Source: an uncultured bacterium (GTDB taxonomy: Bacteria; Patescibacteriota; Minisyncoccia; Phycocordibacterales; PALSA-1337). From it: DNA of 51,816 bases. Position numbers and translations under genes: made by a program. Within the stretch, counting starts at the first letter, position 1; the number at the start of each line of letters is the position of its first letter. The stretch is from positions 1-51,816 of the forward strand of contig CAIKAN010000051.1 of the NCBI GenBank assembly GCA_903825415.1, read 5' to 3'. The notes below the pieces were generated by a model, which made no database searches, was not told where the DNA came from, and saw only the letters and a list, made by a program, of their open reading frames with translations. This document shows, in pieces, positions 34,327 through 43,434 of this stretch.

Positions 34327-34857
34327 TTATTTCTTTTGTAGCTCGGCGATCTCTTCTGCCGACATCTCCCAGACTTCATTGGCTTTGTCCGTGAATAGGA
34401 TGCCGTTCAGATGATCGCATTCATGCTGGAAGATCTGAGCCAATAATCCGGATGTACCGCGCTTTACGATCTTGCCGTTCTCGTCATACGCGGTCAGGCT
34501 GACTCGAGTAGAACGACTGACCTTGCCGTACAACCAGCGCACAGAAAGGCAGCCTTCTTCCATGCCAGCCTTGTCTCTTGATAGCTTCGTGATCTTGGGA
34601 TTGATGAAGACCAGATCGCTGCCGTCTCCTTTGAAGTCAGGATCGGCTTTTTTGAGCAGAGGCCCTGAGATGACGAAGATCTGTAGCGATTCTCCGATCT
34701 GCGGAGCGGCGATGGCGACACCATCTTTCTGGGCATGCATAGCGATCTTCATATCATCTATGACCTTCTTGATCTTCGGAGAATTGATCTCGGAAATAAG
34801 TACTGGCTTGGCATGATCCCGCAGGATGGTGTTGTCTCGTTGGACGATGTCTTTCAT
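34327..34857 (-). CDS. def: peptide deformylase
   Basis: GVAIAAPQIG, EGCLSV and HECDHLNG motifs. Start set to ATG 34857 (MKDIVQRDN). The ORF-track extension covers the 42-nt repeat. Confidence 0.95.
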   Translation of the reverse strand: MKDIVQRDNTILRDHAKPVLISEINSPKIKKVIDDMKIAMHAQKDGVAIAAPQIGESLQIFVISGPLLKKADPDFKGDGSDLVFINPKITKLSRDKAGMEEGCLSVRWLYGKVSRSTRVSLTAYDENGKIVKRGTSGLLAQIFQHECDHLNGILFTDKANEVWEMSAEEIAELQKK

Positions 34858-34918
34858 GGGGAAACTATAACCTTTTGTCGGAAAGGCGGCAAGGGTGAGT
34901 GCGGGATGGTATTCACTC

Positions 34919-34960
34919 GAATTTTCAATTTTCAAATTCCAATTTACAATCAATTTTCAA
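34919..34960 (+). repeat. 42-nt intergenic repeat, copy 1
   Basis: GAATTTTCAATTTTCAAATTCCAATTTACAATCAATTTTCAA, identical to 45542-45583. Confidence 0.95.
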
Positions 34961-35040
34961 GGCTTTAATTTTCAATTGACCAAATATGGCACAATTCATC
35001 TTGAATACAGATAATCTTTGAAAATTAAAAAACATTGGAT

Positions 35041-35073
35041 CATTGTAAATTGGAATTTGAAAATTGAGAATTC
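35041..35073 (-). repeat. inverted, slightly diverged copy of the first 33 nt of the 42-nt repeat
   Basis: The reverse complement reads GAATTCTCAATTTTCAAATTCCAATTTACAATG (2 mismatches in 33). Confidence 0.9.
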
Positions 35074-35093
35074 ATGTAAATACACCCCCGTCA

Positions 35094-37136
35094 TCACAAA
35101 AGGCTCTCCGGATCCACCCTCACCGCCACCGCCGGAGGCAGGGCTTTGAGCTTGGATATCAATTCAAGGTCTGGCCATTCTTTGGGAGGAATCTTGAGAA
35201 GGCCGTGAATGATATGGTTATTGCGCACGGTAGCCGTGAAAGCGGGGAATATATCGATCTCCCTGGGCCCGAGCATAGTCTGTATATCAGCCATCATCAC
35301 TGCTATGTCATCTTTCTTGCCGGTTATAGATATCTTCACCAAAACCTTGAATGGCGGATAGTCGAATCTCTTGCGGTCTTCCAGAGTAGTCCGATAGAAA
35401 TCGCTGAGATTACCTTTGAGAGCGAAATCGAAGATCGATTCGTTTGCACGCCGTGTTTGGACGAGGAGAGATCTAGCGGCCATAGAGCGCAATCTCACCA
35501 GGAGATAGATGACTTTTTCCGGGATGCGGAAATCTGGCAAGGCGAATAGTGTATCCATAGAAGCGATAGCGATATTCTCGATCTTTTCTGGTAGACGTGT
35601 CACTGCGAATTCCGTGCCTATCAAGATGCTTCCCGGCTTTTCAAGGAATCTGCTCATGACGAGCTCGGCCTGCTTGGCATTCTTGGTGGTCACTGTATCC
35701 ATTTTGAAGACATCTATATCGGGGAATCTCTCTTTGATCTCTTCATATATCCTATCTATGCCTATGCCGAGAGGAGTCAGTCTCCAGCTATCGCAATTCT
35801 TGCAGGTCTCGGTCGCTGATCGGCGCTCGCCGCAGAGATGGCACATGAAATAATTCCTACTAGTCTTACTCGTCGGTGGGCCGGTCTCTTTCGAGGCATG
35901 CAAGACCACAGGCGAAGAGCAATTATTGCAGGAAACGACAGCTCCGCAATCATCGCAAGTGGTAGTGGGGGCTAGGCCTTGGCGAACAGCGAAGATGAAT
36001 AAGTGAGTGCTGTCTTCGCGATTCTTCTGTATCAAAGCTTCCAATTCTCTTGAAATAGCTCTAAAGGGAGATTTGGATTTGCGCTCACTATCATCGGAAT
36101 CAGTATTATCATATGGTTTCTCTTCTTGTCCGGTTTCAGGAAGAGCATTCTCAGTATTCGCAATATCTGGGTTCTGAATTGGTGGCTCGGTTATCATCGA
36201 ACCTTTGTGAGCCACCATATCTATCAGAGAACATTCAGCCGTAGAGATAGATCGCCATTTGAAAGGAGAGCCTTGGGATATCTCATGCTCATCTAGCCTC
36301 TTCAAGGTCTCAGTCGAAAGCAGGCAATCAGAGCGGTAGACATTCTGTCCATTTCCACGAGCAATAGTCTCTAGAGCATGGCGCATATCGAGATACGGCG
36401 CTTTGAGCGATCTCCAGCCGCGGCCATTCTCTCGTTCGATGATGACAGTCTCTATATCCGATCTGGGCAGGATGGAGAATGAGCCTGTAGAGATGACTAC
36501 TATAGGATGCTCTGATCTGGCGATGGCTTGCCAGACCATCACGATCTCTTTCTTTGCAAGGTTTCCGTGAAGGACGAAAATATAGTCTTCGATGCCCTTT
36601 GTAAGCGAGCCCCTCGCTCTCATGGCATCTTCGATGGTTGGGACATATATCGCCAAGGATTTCTTTCTGGCAAATTCCTGACGGACCAAGCTCCTCCAAG
36701 CGCTCATTCTGTCTTCATCATCGCCTTGTATAGCATAAGTCTCGCCGAAGCCGGCTCGGAATTCTTTGGAGACAAGAGGCAGGGGCGGAGCGATCTTATT
36801 CGCATTGACTAGCAGGGTGTCGGCTACAAGCGAGTCTATTACTGATCCAGCATTGGCGGCATAATATGTGCCTAGCTTATTGCAAGCAACCATGAATGAA
36901 GCGGGGAAGAAAGCGGAAGCTCTGATCGTACCGATGCGGCGTATCTCAAAAGGAGCATTCTTGATATCAGCTTTTAATTCCTGGGCAGGCTGGGTCTCCA
37001 TGACTATGGCGTGAATAGCTTTTGACCTGAGGGGGACTTCTATGATGGCACCTATTGGCACGTCAGAAGAGGTGAAATATGACAATGTCTCGGCGACCTT
37101 GGAGCGGGTGAGGGGGATGACGGTAATGAGATTCAT
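35094..37136 (-). CDS. priA: PriA-like primosomal protein N' with degenerate ATPase motifs
   Basis: N-terminal 3'-DNA-binding-like region, Cys-rich zinc region (CDDCG..CNNC...CHLCG...CKNC) and a PriA-type C-terminus. No GxGK[ST] anywhere. Start set to ATG 37136. Confidence 0.75.
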   Translation of the reverse strand: MNLITVIPLTRSKVAETLSYFTSSDVPIGAIIEVPLRSKAIHAIVMETQPAQELKADIKNAPFEIRRIGTIRASAFFPASFMVACNKLGTYYAANAGSVIDSLVADTLLVNANKIAPPLPLVSKEFRAGFGETYAIQGDDEDRMSAWRSLVRQEFARKKSLAIYVPTIEDAMRARGSLTKGIEDYIFVLHGNLAKKEIVMVWQAIARSEHPIVVISTGSFSILPRSDIETVIIERENGRGWRSLKAPYLDMRHALETIARGNGQNVYRSDCLLSTETLKRLDEHEISQGSPFKWRSISTAECSLIDMVAHKGSMITEPPIQNPDIANTENALPETGQEEKPYDNTDSDDSERKSKSPFRAISRELEALIQKNREDSTHLFIFAVRQGLAPTTTCDDCGAVVSCNNCSSPVVLHASKETGPPTSKTSRNYFMCHLCGERRSATETCKNCDSWRLTPLGIGIDRIYEEIKERFPDIDVFKMDTVTTKNAKQAELVMSRFLEKPGSILIGTEFAVTRLPEKIENIAIASMDTLFALPDFRIPEKVIYLLVRLRSMAARSLLVQTRRANESIFDFALKGNLSDFYRTTLEDRKRFDYPPFKVLVKISITGKKDDIAVMMADIQTMLGPREIDIFPAFTATVRNNHIIHGLLKIPPKEWPDLELISKLKALPPAVAVRVDPESLL

Positions 37137-37223
37137 AGTATAGTTATACCTTTTTTGAGGAAATGAGGCGAGGTCTAAAGTCATTTGAAAATATATGAAC
37201 TTCTATGTTACAATGCATTTGTT

Positions 37224-37433
37224 ATGAGCCGAATAACCATATCAAAAACTGAATATAGCAAGCTCAAAAAACAAAGCAACGCTTATAGAGCAGTGGCGGC
37301 TAAATTGCTTGAATTATTGGTAAAAGACCCTGTCAAATCGGTTATGGATGATTTTCGTAACGTTGGTTTGTATTCGAAAGAATTTTTGGCGGAAATGGAG
37401 AGCGGATTGATGAAATCTTCATACGGCAAGTAA
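37224..37433 (+). CDS. putative antitoxin partner of the RelE/ParE-like toxin
   Basis: 70-aa ORF from ATG 37224, 10 nt upstream of the toxin-like ORF. Confidence 0.45.
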   Translation: MSRITISKTEYSKLKKQSNAYRAVAAKLLELLVKDPVKSVMDDFRNVGLYSKEFLAEMESGLMKSSYGK

Positions 37434-37443
37434 TTCAATCATA

Positions 37444-37695
37444 ATGGAAATAAAGCCACTTCGTCAGGATCTGCTTGATTATCTTTCAGATCATAATTTG
37501 GTTGCCAGATGGAAAAAGGCTGTAAAATTGTTTTCATCAAACATTAGACATCCTTCTTTGCATACAGAACTTCTTGAACCGAAGTGGCATGGTTTATACT
37601 CATTTCGAATCGGTAGGAAATATAGAGCATTATTTTTCTTTGTGAAAGAAGAAGTAATCGAAGTCTTTCAGATCACCAATCATTACAAAAAATAG
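37444..37695 (+). CDS. RelE/ParE-superfamily toxin-like protein
   Basis: 83 aa. LHTELLEPKWHGLYSFRIGRKYRALFFFVKEEVIEVFQITNHY fits the ...L.g....ys.Ri...yR..y......i.v..i..H pattern. Confidence 0.6.
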   Translation: MEIKPLRQDLLDYLSDHNLVARWKKAVKLFSSNIRHPSLHTELLEPKWHGLYSFRIGRKYRALFFFVKEEVIEVFQITNHYKK

Positions 37696-37710
37696 CTCGA
37701 TATTTTCATT

Positions 37711-39060
37711 ATGAATTCAAAAGAACTATTCCTCATCGAAGGCCTAGCGGGCGAGAAGAAGCTGAAGGGCCGAGTTTCCATTAATGGCGCCAAGAATGCC
37801 GCTCTAAAGGCTATGGCGGCGGCGGTCTTATTCAAGGAACCTGTAAAACTGGAGAATATCCCTGATACCGATGATATACATACCTTGACTGAAATCTTGA
37901 AGAAGATGGGGGCGACTGTGACCTGGACTGACTCAGAACAAGGCAAATATTCAAAGATGACCATCGATACAAGCGACATCTCTTCCACAGATATTGATAA
38001 AAAGATGGGTGCGGCTATGAGAGCCTCGGTGGTTTTAACCGGACCTCTTTTGGCACGATTTGGTAATGTAACCTTGCCTTCTCCTGGCGGTTGCGTCATA
38101 GGAGCTAGGCCGATAGATCAATTCATAGAAGGCTATGAGAAGATGGGCGCCAAGACCATATTCAAGGATGGCGTCTATGAAATGAAGAGTGTTGGTGATT
38201 TGAAAGGCGGTGATATACTCTTTTCAAAGGTGACTGTCGGTGGGACCGAGACTCTTATGATGGTGGCTGTGCTCGCTCATGGAAAGACCTATTTGAGCAA
38301 CTGCGCCATGGAGCCGGAGATAGTGAATGTGGCGGAATGGTTGAATGCTTGCGGGGCCAAGATTAAAGGTGCCGGTACGCCTACTATGGAGATAGAAGGC
38401 AGAGGCGGCGAATTATTGGAGGCGAAAACCCCATTCGTGACTATACCTGATCGCATAGAAGCGGGAAGTTTTCTTATTTTGGGAGCGCTTTGTTGCGAGG
38501 AATTGATCATAGAGAATTGCAGGCCGGATCATTTGAAAGCGACGATAGATTTATTGAAGGGGTCAGGGGTTAATCTGGAGGTCCGACCTCCAGATTCCGG
38601 GATGTCGGACCTCCAGATTCGAGTCTTTAACGATCCCAAGAAGAATACAGTTTTCAAAACCTTCAATATCTGCACTCGCGAATATCCCTATTTCCCAACC
38701 GATCTGCAATCTCCTATCGTCACCTTTCTCACTCAAGCAGAAGGGGAATGTAGTGTCGATGAAACGATCTTTGAGGGAAGGTTCAAATATGTGGATGATC
38801 TCATAAAAATGGGAGCCGATATCAAGGTCATGAATTCTAGGGAGATCGAGGTGAAAGGCCCTACTCTTTTAAAGGAATTGAAAGATGGAGGCGAGCTTTG
38901 CGCGCACGATATCAGAGCTGGCTTTGCCGTCGTATTGGCGGCTCTGGTGGGCAAAGGTAAATTCAAGGTCAATAATGTACATCTTATAGATAGGGGGTAT
39001 GAGAAACTAGAGGAGAGGTTGAGGGGTCTTGGGGCGAGAATTGAGAGGGTGAGGAGATAA
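37711..39060 (+). CDS. murA: UDP-N-acetylglucosamine 1-carboxyvinyltransferase
   Basis: I.GAKNAALK, active-site GGCVIGARPID, FPTDLQ and LIDRGYE..E..L..LGA. Confidence 0.95.
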   Translation: MNSKELFLIEGLAGEKKLKGRVSINGAKNAALKAMAAAVLFKEPVKLENIPDTDDIHTLTEILKKMGATVTWTDSEQGKYSKMTIDTSDISSTDIDKKMGAAMRASVVLTGPLLARFGNVTLPSPGGCVIGARPIDQFIEGYEKMGAKTIFKDGVYEMKSVGDLKGGDILFSKVTVGGTETLMMVAVLAHGKTYLSNCAMEPEIVNVAEWLNACGAKIKGAGTPTMEIEGRGGELLEAKTPFVTIPDRIEAGSFLILGALCCEELIIENCRPDHLKATIDLLKGSGVNLEVRPPDSGMSDLQIRVFNDPKKNTVFKTFNICTREYPYFPTDLQSPIVTFLTQAEGECSVDETIFEGRFKYVDDLIKMGADIKVMNSREIEVKGPTLLKELKDGGELCAHDIRAGFAVVLAALVGKGKFKVNNVHLIDRGYEKLEERLRGLGARIERVRR

Positions 39061-39074
39061 TGCAGCGATCAATT

Positions 39075-39119
39075 AAGAGAAACCCGCCAACGAAAGGAGG
39101 GTTTCTCCTGTCGGGCGGG
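39075..39119 (-). terminator. terminator between convergent genes
   Basis: GAGAAACCC / GGGTTTCTC 9-bp stem plus an outer CCCGCC / GGCGGG pairing. Confidence 0.55.
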
Positions 39120-39149
39120 CGGCATGGGAACTCTGATCGGTGAACTCGG

Positions 39150-39512
39150 TTATACCTCCTCTTTCATTGTCGGGTGATACGAGAGAGTCATGACAGTGAA
39201 TCCTCCCTTCACGAGCTTGGGTTTTTCGAATAGCCAGAACTTTTCTTCTGGGAGTTGAAGTTTGAGCAGGAGGCTATTCATGCTTTGATGAGTCGTGAGA
39301 AGGGCCTCGTGTCCATTGGCTATCACGAGTTGGACCTTGAGGCATCCAGTACGGAGAAAGTTAACAGCCATCACCGTTTCCGCCCAACCTTCTTTGCTTT
39401 TGATTAGGATAACCGGTACTCCCCTAGATCGCACAGTTACCGTTTGGTTTCCGGCTTGAGTCACTAAACTTGTCTTTTTCATTGTCAAATCCTTTTTGCT
39501 CTGAACAATCAC
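39150..39512 (-). CDS. hypothetical protein
   Basis: 120-aa ORF with a downstream hairpin. The start may be the internal MKKTSLV. Confidence 0.45.
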   Translation of the reverse strand: MIVQSKKDLTMKKTSLVTQAGNQTVTVRSRGVPVILIKSKEGWAETVMAVNFLRTGCLKVQLVIANGHEALLTTHQSMNSLLLKLQLPEEKFWLFEKPKLVKGGFTVMTLSYHPTMKEEV

Positions 39513-39627
39513 TCTGAAAGTTCAGGTTTACCGTTTCAAATCTAACTTGTTTTGTTAATAATATCAAGGATACTATAATAAATCTAAAATTCATTTTAAT
39601 TTCTGTATTTTATGCTATATTGCACCT

Positions 39628-40641
39628 ATGTCCCTCTTCTCCTCCAAACTAGGCATCGATCTCGGTACCGCCAATACCCTAGTATTCATGCCTGGCAAAG
39701 GCATAGTCTTGAACGAGCCTTCCGTGGTAGCCGTCTCTGAAATAGACCGCAAGGTCCTAGCTGTTGGAGTAGAAGCCAAAGAGATGGTCGGACGCACTCC
39801 TGACAATATCATCGCTTATCGCCCTATGCGCGACGGGGTGATCGCTGACTATCGCGTGACCGAAGCCATGCTCCGCTATTTCATCGACAAAGCTCTCGGC
39901 CGCTTCAATCTATTCAAGCCTGATGTCATGGTCTCTGTTCCCGCAGGAATCACTTCCACCGAGCGTCGAGCTGTCATCGAAGCCGCTATCCGCGCCGGTG
40001 CCAAGAATGCCTATGTCGTGAAAGAGCCAGTGCTCGCCGCTATTGGCGCAGGCATTCCTATCAATGAAGCTCGTGGTCATATGGTAGTCGATATAGGAGG
40101 AGGAACCACTGATGTGGCTGTTATTTCTTTAGGAGGCATCGTGTCTTCGACTTCTGTTAAGTGTGCGGGAAACAAAATGGATGCGGCGATTGCCGACTAT
40201 ATCAAAAAGACATTTAACCTGGCGATCGGCGATCATATGGCCGAGAATATCAAGATCAATATCGCATCTGCTATCCCTTTGGAGCAGGAATTAGCCATGA
40301 ATGTGAAGGGCCGCGATTTTGTCACTGGTTTGCCACGCTCCGTCGAGATCAAAACAAATGAAATGGTCAAAGCCATCGCCTCTCCTCTCCGCGATATGGT
40401 CAAGGCTGTGAAGGATGTGCTTCAAGAAACCCCTCCCGAATTGGCGGCTGATATCATCGATCAAGGCATCACTTTGACGGGCGGGACTTCACTTCTTCGA
40501 AACTTGGCGGAATTGATATTTAGAAGGACTGGCGTGAAGGCGCAGGTCGCTGATGAGCCTCTTCTTTGTGTGGCAAAGGGAACAGGGTTGGCACTAGAAC
40601 ATTTGGATGTTTATAAGAAGGCAATGATGGCGAAACGATAA
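39628..40641 (+). CDS. mreB: rod shape-determining protein MreB
   Basis: GIDLGTANTLVF, VVAV, DIGGGTTDVAVISLGG and LTGGTSLLRNL actin-fold motifs. Confidence 0.95.
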   Translation: MSLFSSKLGIDLGTANTLVFMPGKGIVLNEPSVVAVSEIDRKVLAVGVEAKEMVGRTPDNIIAYRPMRDGVIADYRVTEAMLRYFIDKALGRFNLFKPDVMVSVPAGITSTERRAVIEAAIRAGAKNAYVVKEPVLAAIGAGIPINEARGHMVVDIGGGTTDVAVISLGGIVSSTSVKCAGNKMDAAIADYIKKTFNLAIGDHMAENIKINIASAIPLEQELAMNVKGRDFVTGLPRSVEIKTNEMVKAIASPLRDMVKAVKDVLQETPPELAADIIDQGITLTGGTSLLRNLAELIFRRTGVKAQVADEPLLCVAKGTGLALEHLDVYKKAMMAKR

Positions 40642-40656
40642 GGGGAATCATTCAAA

Positions 40657-40778
40657 ATCAAAAATTAAAAATCAAATATCAAAAATACAGATGAAAATAG
40701 TCAAAAATAAAGCATATTGTAGCTGGATTTTTAACTTTATTGCTTTGTATTTTTGATATTTGATTTTTAATTTTTGAT
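40657..40778. repeat. perfect 33-bp inverted repeat separated by 56 bp (MITE-like or long hairpin)
   Basis: ATCAAAAATTAAAAATCAAATATCAAAAATACA (40657-40689). Its exact reverse complement lies at 40746-40778. Confidence 0.95.
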
Positions 40779-40792
40779 ATAAAATCATACCC

Positions 40793-41560
40793 GTGAATAT
40801 CAGTCTAAAATCATTAAAATTCACCCACCACGCCTACTGCCTCATCGGTTCCGACTCTCTTCGCCTTGAATTGATCCCAATTCTCGAAAAGCGCTTCAAA
40901 ACTTCATCTAGAGCCAATGTCGACTTCTTTGAAAAGAAATATGAAGTCTTTACTATAGATGATGCCCGCGAAGTGAAGCTGTCTCATGAGATGATGCCAA
41001 CTGATTCATCTGGTAAGAAATTCTTTATTCTGTCGATGGACGGCATCACAATTGAAGCACAGAATGCTTTGCTTAAGCTCCTTGAAGAGCCGTCCGAGTA
41101 TGCTCATTTCTTTTTGATAATTCCATCTGCTCATTTATTATTACCAACCGTTAAATCGAGGTTGGAGATCGTTGATTTGAGAGATACAAAAACATTCAAT
41201 TCAAAGAAGAATCAAGGTGCGGATGGCGCGGTCGATTCAAAGGGATCAAAGAACGGAAGCGCCGTGAATTCAAATGTCGAGCAAGATGAATCTATCAAGG
41301 AGGCGTTACAATTCACAGCAATGTCTGTGCCCAAAAGGCTCGATTTCATCAAATCATTCATGGTTGAAATTGATAAGGAGAAGAAGAGCAAACAGGACGC
41401 CATCGTCTTTTTGGATGCGCTTGAATCGCTAGTCCGTGAGCAGAAGGGCATCAAGGGCAATCTGAAAGCTCTTGAAGCTATAGAGAAAGCTAGAGATTAT
41501 GCTGATGACAGAGCGCCATCGATGAAGATGCTGCTGGAGTATGTGGCGATGAATATTTGA
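40793..41560 (+). CDS. holB: DNA polymerase III delta' subunit-like (HolB) protein
   Basis: NALLKLLEEP and PTVKSR (sensor) motifs. GTG start. Confidence 0.65.
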   Translation: MNISLKSLKFTHHAYCLIGSDSLRLELIPILEKRFKTSSRANVDFFEKKYEVFTIDDAREVKLSHEMMPTDSSGKKFFILSMDGITIEAQNALLKLLEEPSEYAHFFLIIPSAHLLLPTVKSRLEIVDLRDTKTFNSKKNQGADGAVDSKGSKNGSAVNSNVEQDESIKEALQFTAMSVPKRLDFIKSFMVEIDKEKKSKQDAIVFLDALESLVREQKGIKGNLKALEAIEKARDYADDRAPSMKMLLEYVAMNI

Positions 41561-41635
41561 TTTTGCATTTCATTCGCCACATCATAGTTAAAGATGGCGC
41601 ACAATATTGCGCTTCTGTTTATGGGCGATACAATT

Positions 41636-42448
41636 ATGGCATCGATTATGGATAAGATAGCGATATTCAAAGGTAAAAAGATCCGCAGGATCATTCACAA
41701 GAATGAATGGTGGTTTGTAGTTGTCGATGTGATAGAAGCCCTAACCGATTCTTTGCAACCTGATGGGTATATAAAAGATATGAGACGCAGGGATCCAGAA
41801 CTTGCGAAAGGGTGGGGGCAAATTGCCACCCCCCTTTCAATAAACACTGAAGGTGGGCCACAGAATCTCAACTGCTCCAACACTGAAGGCGTTTTCCGTA
41901 TCATTCAATCCATCCCTTCTCCGAAAGCTGAACCTTTCAAGCGCTGGTTGGCGAAAGTCGGATATGAGCGAGTGCAAGAGATCGAAGATCCTGAACTGGC
42001 CTCAAAGCGCACGAGGATGCTTTACAAGCTCAAAGGTTATTCAAATGATTGGATAGAAAAGAGGATGCGGGGCATAGTCATCCGCGAGGAATTGACCGAT
42101 GAATGGAAAGAGCGCGGCGCGCAAGATGAGAAGGATTATGAGATCCTCACAGCGGAGATCTCCAAAGCCACATTCGGCATCACTCCGGCTGAGTACAAAG
42201 AATTGAAGGGGTTGAAGAGACAGAATCTGCGCGATCATATGGACGACTTTGAATTGATCTTCACCATGCTCGGTGAGCGCTCGACTACGGAGATACATCG
42301 CAACGAAGATTCTCGAGGCCTGAAGAAGCTTTCTTCGGATGCTAGGGCGGGAGGAGATATTGCGGGTGTGGCCAGGAAGAAACTGGAGAAGAGGTTGGGG
42401 AAATCCGTGGTGACGGGGAGAAATTTCTTGAAGGGGAAGAGGGGGTGA
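41636..42448 (+). CDS. Bro-N domain protein (phage antirepressor-like N-terminus)
   Basis: F.GKKIRRIIHKNEWWFVVVDVIEAL... is typical of BRO-N. The start is uncertain (41594, 41636 or 41648). Confidence 0.6.
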   Translation: MASIMDKIAIFKGKKIRRIIHKNEWWFVVVDVIEALTDSLQPDGYIKDMRRRDPELAKGWGQIATPLSINTEGGPQNLNCSNTEGVFRIIQSIPSPKAEPFKRWLAKVGYERVQEIEDPELASKRTRMLYKLKGYSNDWIEKRMRGIVIREELTDEWKERGAQDEKDYEILTAEISKATFGITPAEYKELKGLKRQNLRDHMDDFELIFTMLGERSTTEIHRNEDSRGLKKLSSDARAGGDIAGVARKKLEKRLGKSVVTGRNFLKGKRG

Positions 42449-42462
42449 GGAATAGAATGTGC

Positions 42463-43257
42463 TTACTTCCTTACCTGATCAGATTTCCAAACCAACTCGA
42501 ATATCATCTTGAACATATCGTGGATGAGCTTGTCGTCGATCACGACGCCGACCAGCCTGTCTCCGCGCAGCTTTGTTATGGCCAGCTTTGATTCTCCGTA
42601 AAGCGTCATTTCCGCTTCAAAAGGGAAGACCTCTGCCGGCACATAGCGGATATCAGGCCAAACGCTCTTTTTGACGCCTTTGAATACATTCTCATTATAT
42701 TTGCGATTGTCCTCTGTGTCCGGCACGATCGCTCTGGTGGTGATGCCGTTCTTTTCTTTGGCTTGCACGAATCTCTGCAAGGCTTTCTGATTCAAATATT
42801 CCTTGAATGCCTGGCCGTGAGAAAAGGAGATCATCTCGTATCTCTTCTCTTTGACCATATCCTCGTAGATGGAAGCTATGCCGTCGGCATTCGAAAAATA
42901 CCGGATGATCGGTTTATGAGGATTGGCGGCAAAAAGGCCTTCCAATTCAGGGACCAGCTCACGAGTTTTTTCGTACGCTTCCTGAGCAAGGTCGGCCTGA
43001 TCTCTGGTGAATCGTACGAGCTTCTCCGGCTTCTCCACTTGATAGTAGAGCTTTTTGCCGCGCTCTACTTCCGTGATCAAACCCTTGATGGATAGGTCCA
43101 AAAGGATCTTGTAGACCGTGCTCCTATTGAGCTTAGTGGCTTCCGATAGGGCGGAAGGGTAGGCGCCTCCCATTTCAAGGAGGGTCGAATAGATAATCGC
43201 AGATTTGCCGCTTAAGCCTATCTTCTGAAGATGCTTGGTGATATTTTCGTTTGTCAT
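42463..43257 (-). CDS. TrmB-family transcriptional regulator
   Basis: wHTH LQKIGLSGKSAIIYSTLLEMGGAYPSALSEATKLNRSTVYKILLDLSIKGLI plus a C-terminal TrmB-like domain. Start set to ATG 43257. Confidence 0.75.
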   Translation of the reverse strand: MTNENITKHLQKIGLSGKSAIIYSTLLEMGGAYPSALSEATKLNRSTVYKILLDLSIKGLITEVERGKKLYYQVEKPEKLVRFTRDQADLAQEAYEKTRELVPELEGLFAANPHKPIIRYFSNADGIASIYEDMVKEKRYEMISFSHGQAFKEYLNQKALQRFVQAKEKNGITTRAIVPDTEDNRKYNENVFKGVKKSVWPDIRYVPAEVFPFEAEMTLYGESKLAITKLRGDRLVGVVIDDKLIHDMFKMIFELVWKSDQVRK

Positions 43258-43434
43258 ATGTATACAATAATAGCAAATCATTGTACATTTGTCACTTCTT
43301 ACGAACAAAATACTGTGGATAGCGAAATAGCCATGAGTATAGCCACATAATTGATGATATATAGATGATTTACATAAACATGTAAGTGTTTTCTGGTAAG
43401 GTGCAGTGGTACGCATTAACCATTAATCAATACC

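Noticed and set aside
34858-34953. N-terminal extensions given by the ORF track for def (to 34953), fmt (to 34379), priA (to 37184), the TrmB regulator (to 43416), binding protein 2 (from 47400) and the island fusion protein (to 28202).
   Set aside because: The extensions run through repeats, neighbouring genes or promoter-like AT-rich DNA. They add non-homologous residues ahead of canonical N-termini, so internal ATGs were used instead.
10665-39119. A shared CC(G/A)CCA(G/A)CGAA...GT(T)CGG..GCGG string at 10676-10718, 15431-15466 and 39083-39119 as a dispersed repeat family.
   Set aside because: Each is a canonical stem plus U-run terminator for a minus-strand gene in a convergent pair. The similarity is short, GC-stem-driven and not extended, so these are listed simply as terminators.
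43258-43434. A partial palindrome TGTATACAAT...ATTGTACA upstream of the first TrmB regulator as a shared operator.
   Set aside because: I could not find the same motif in the other two regulator-proximal spacers by eye, so the evidence is insufficient.
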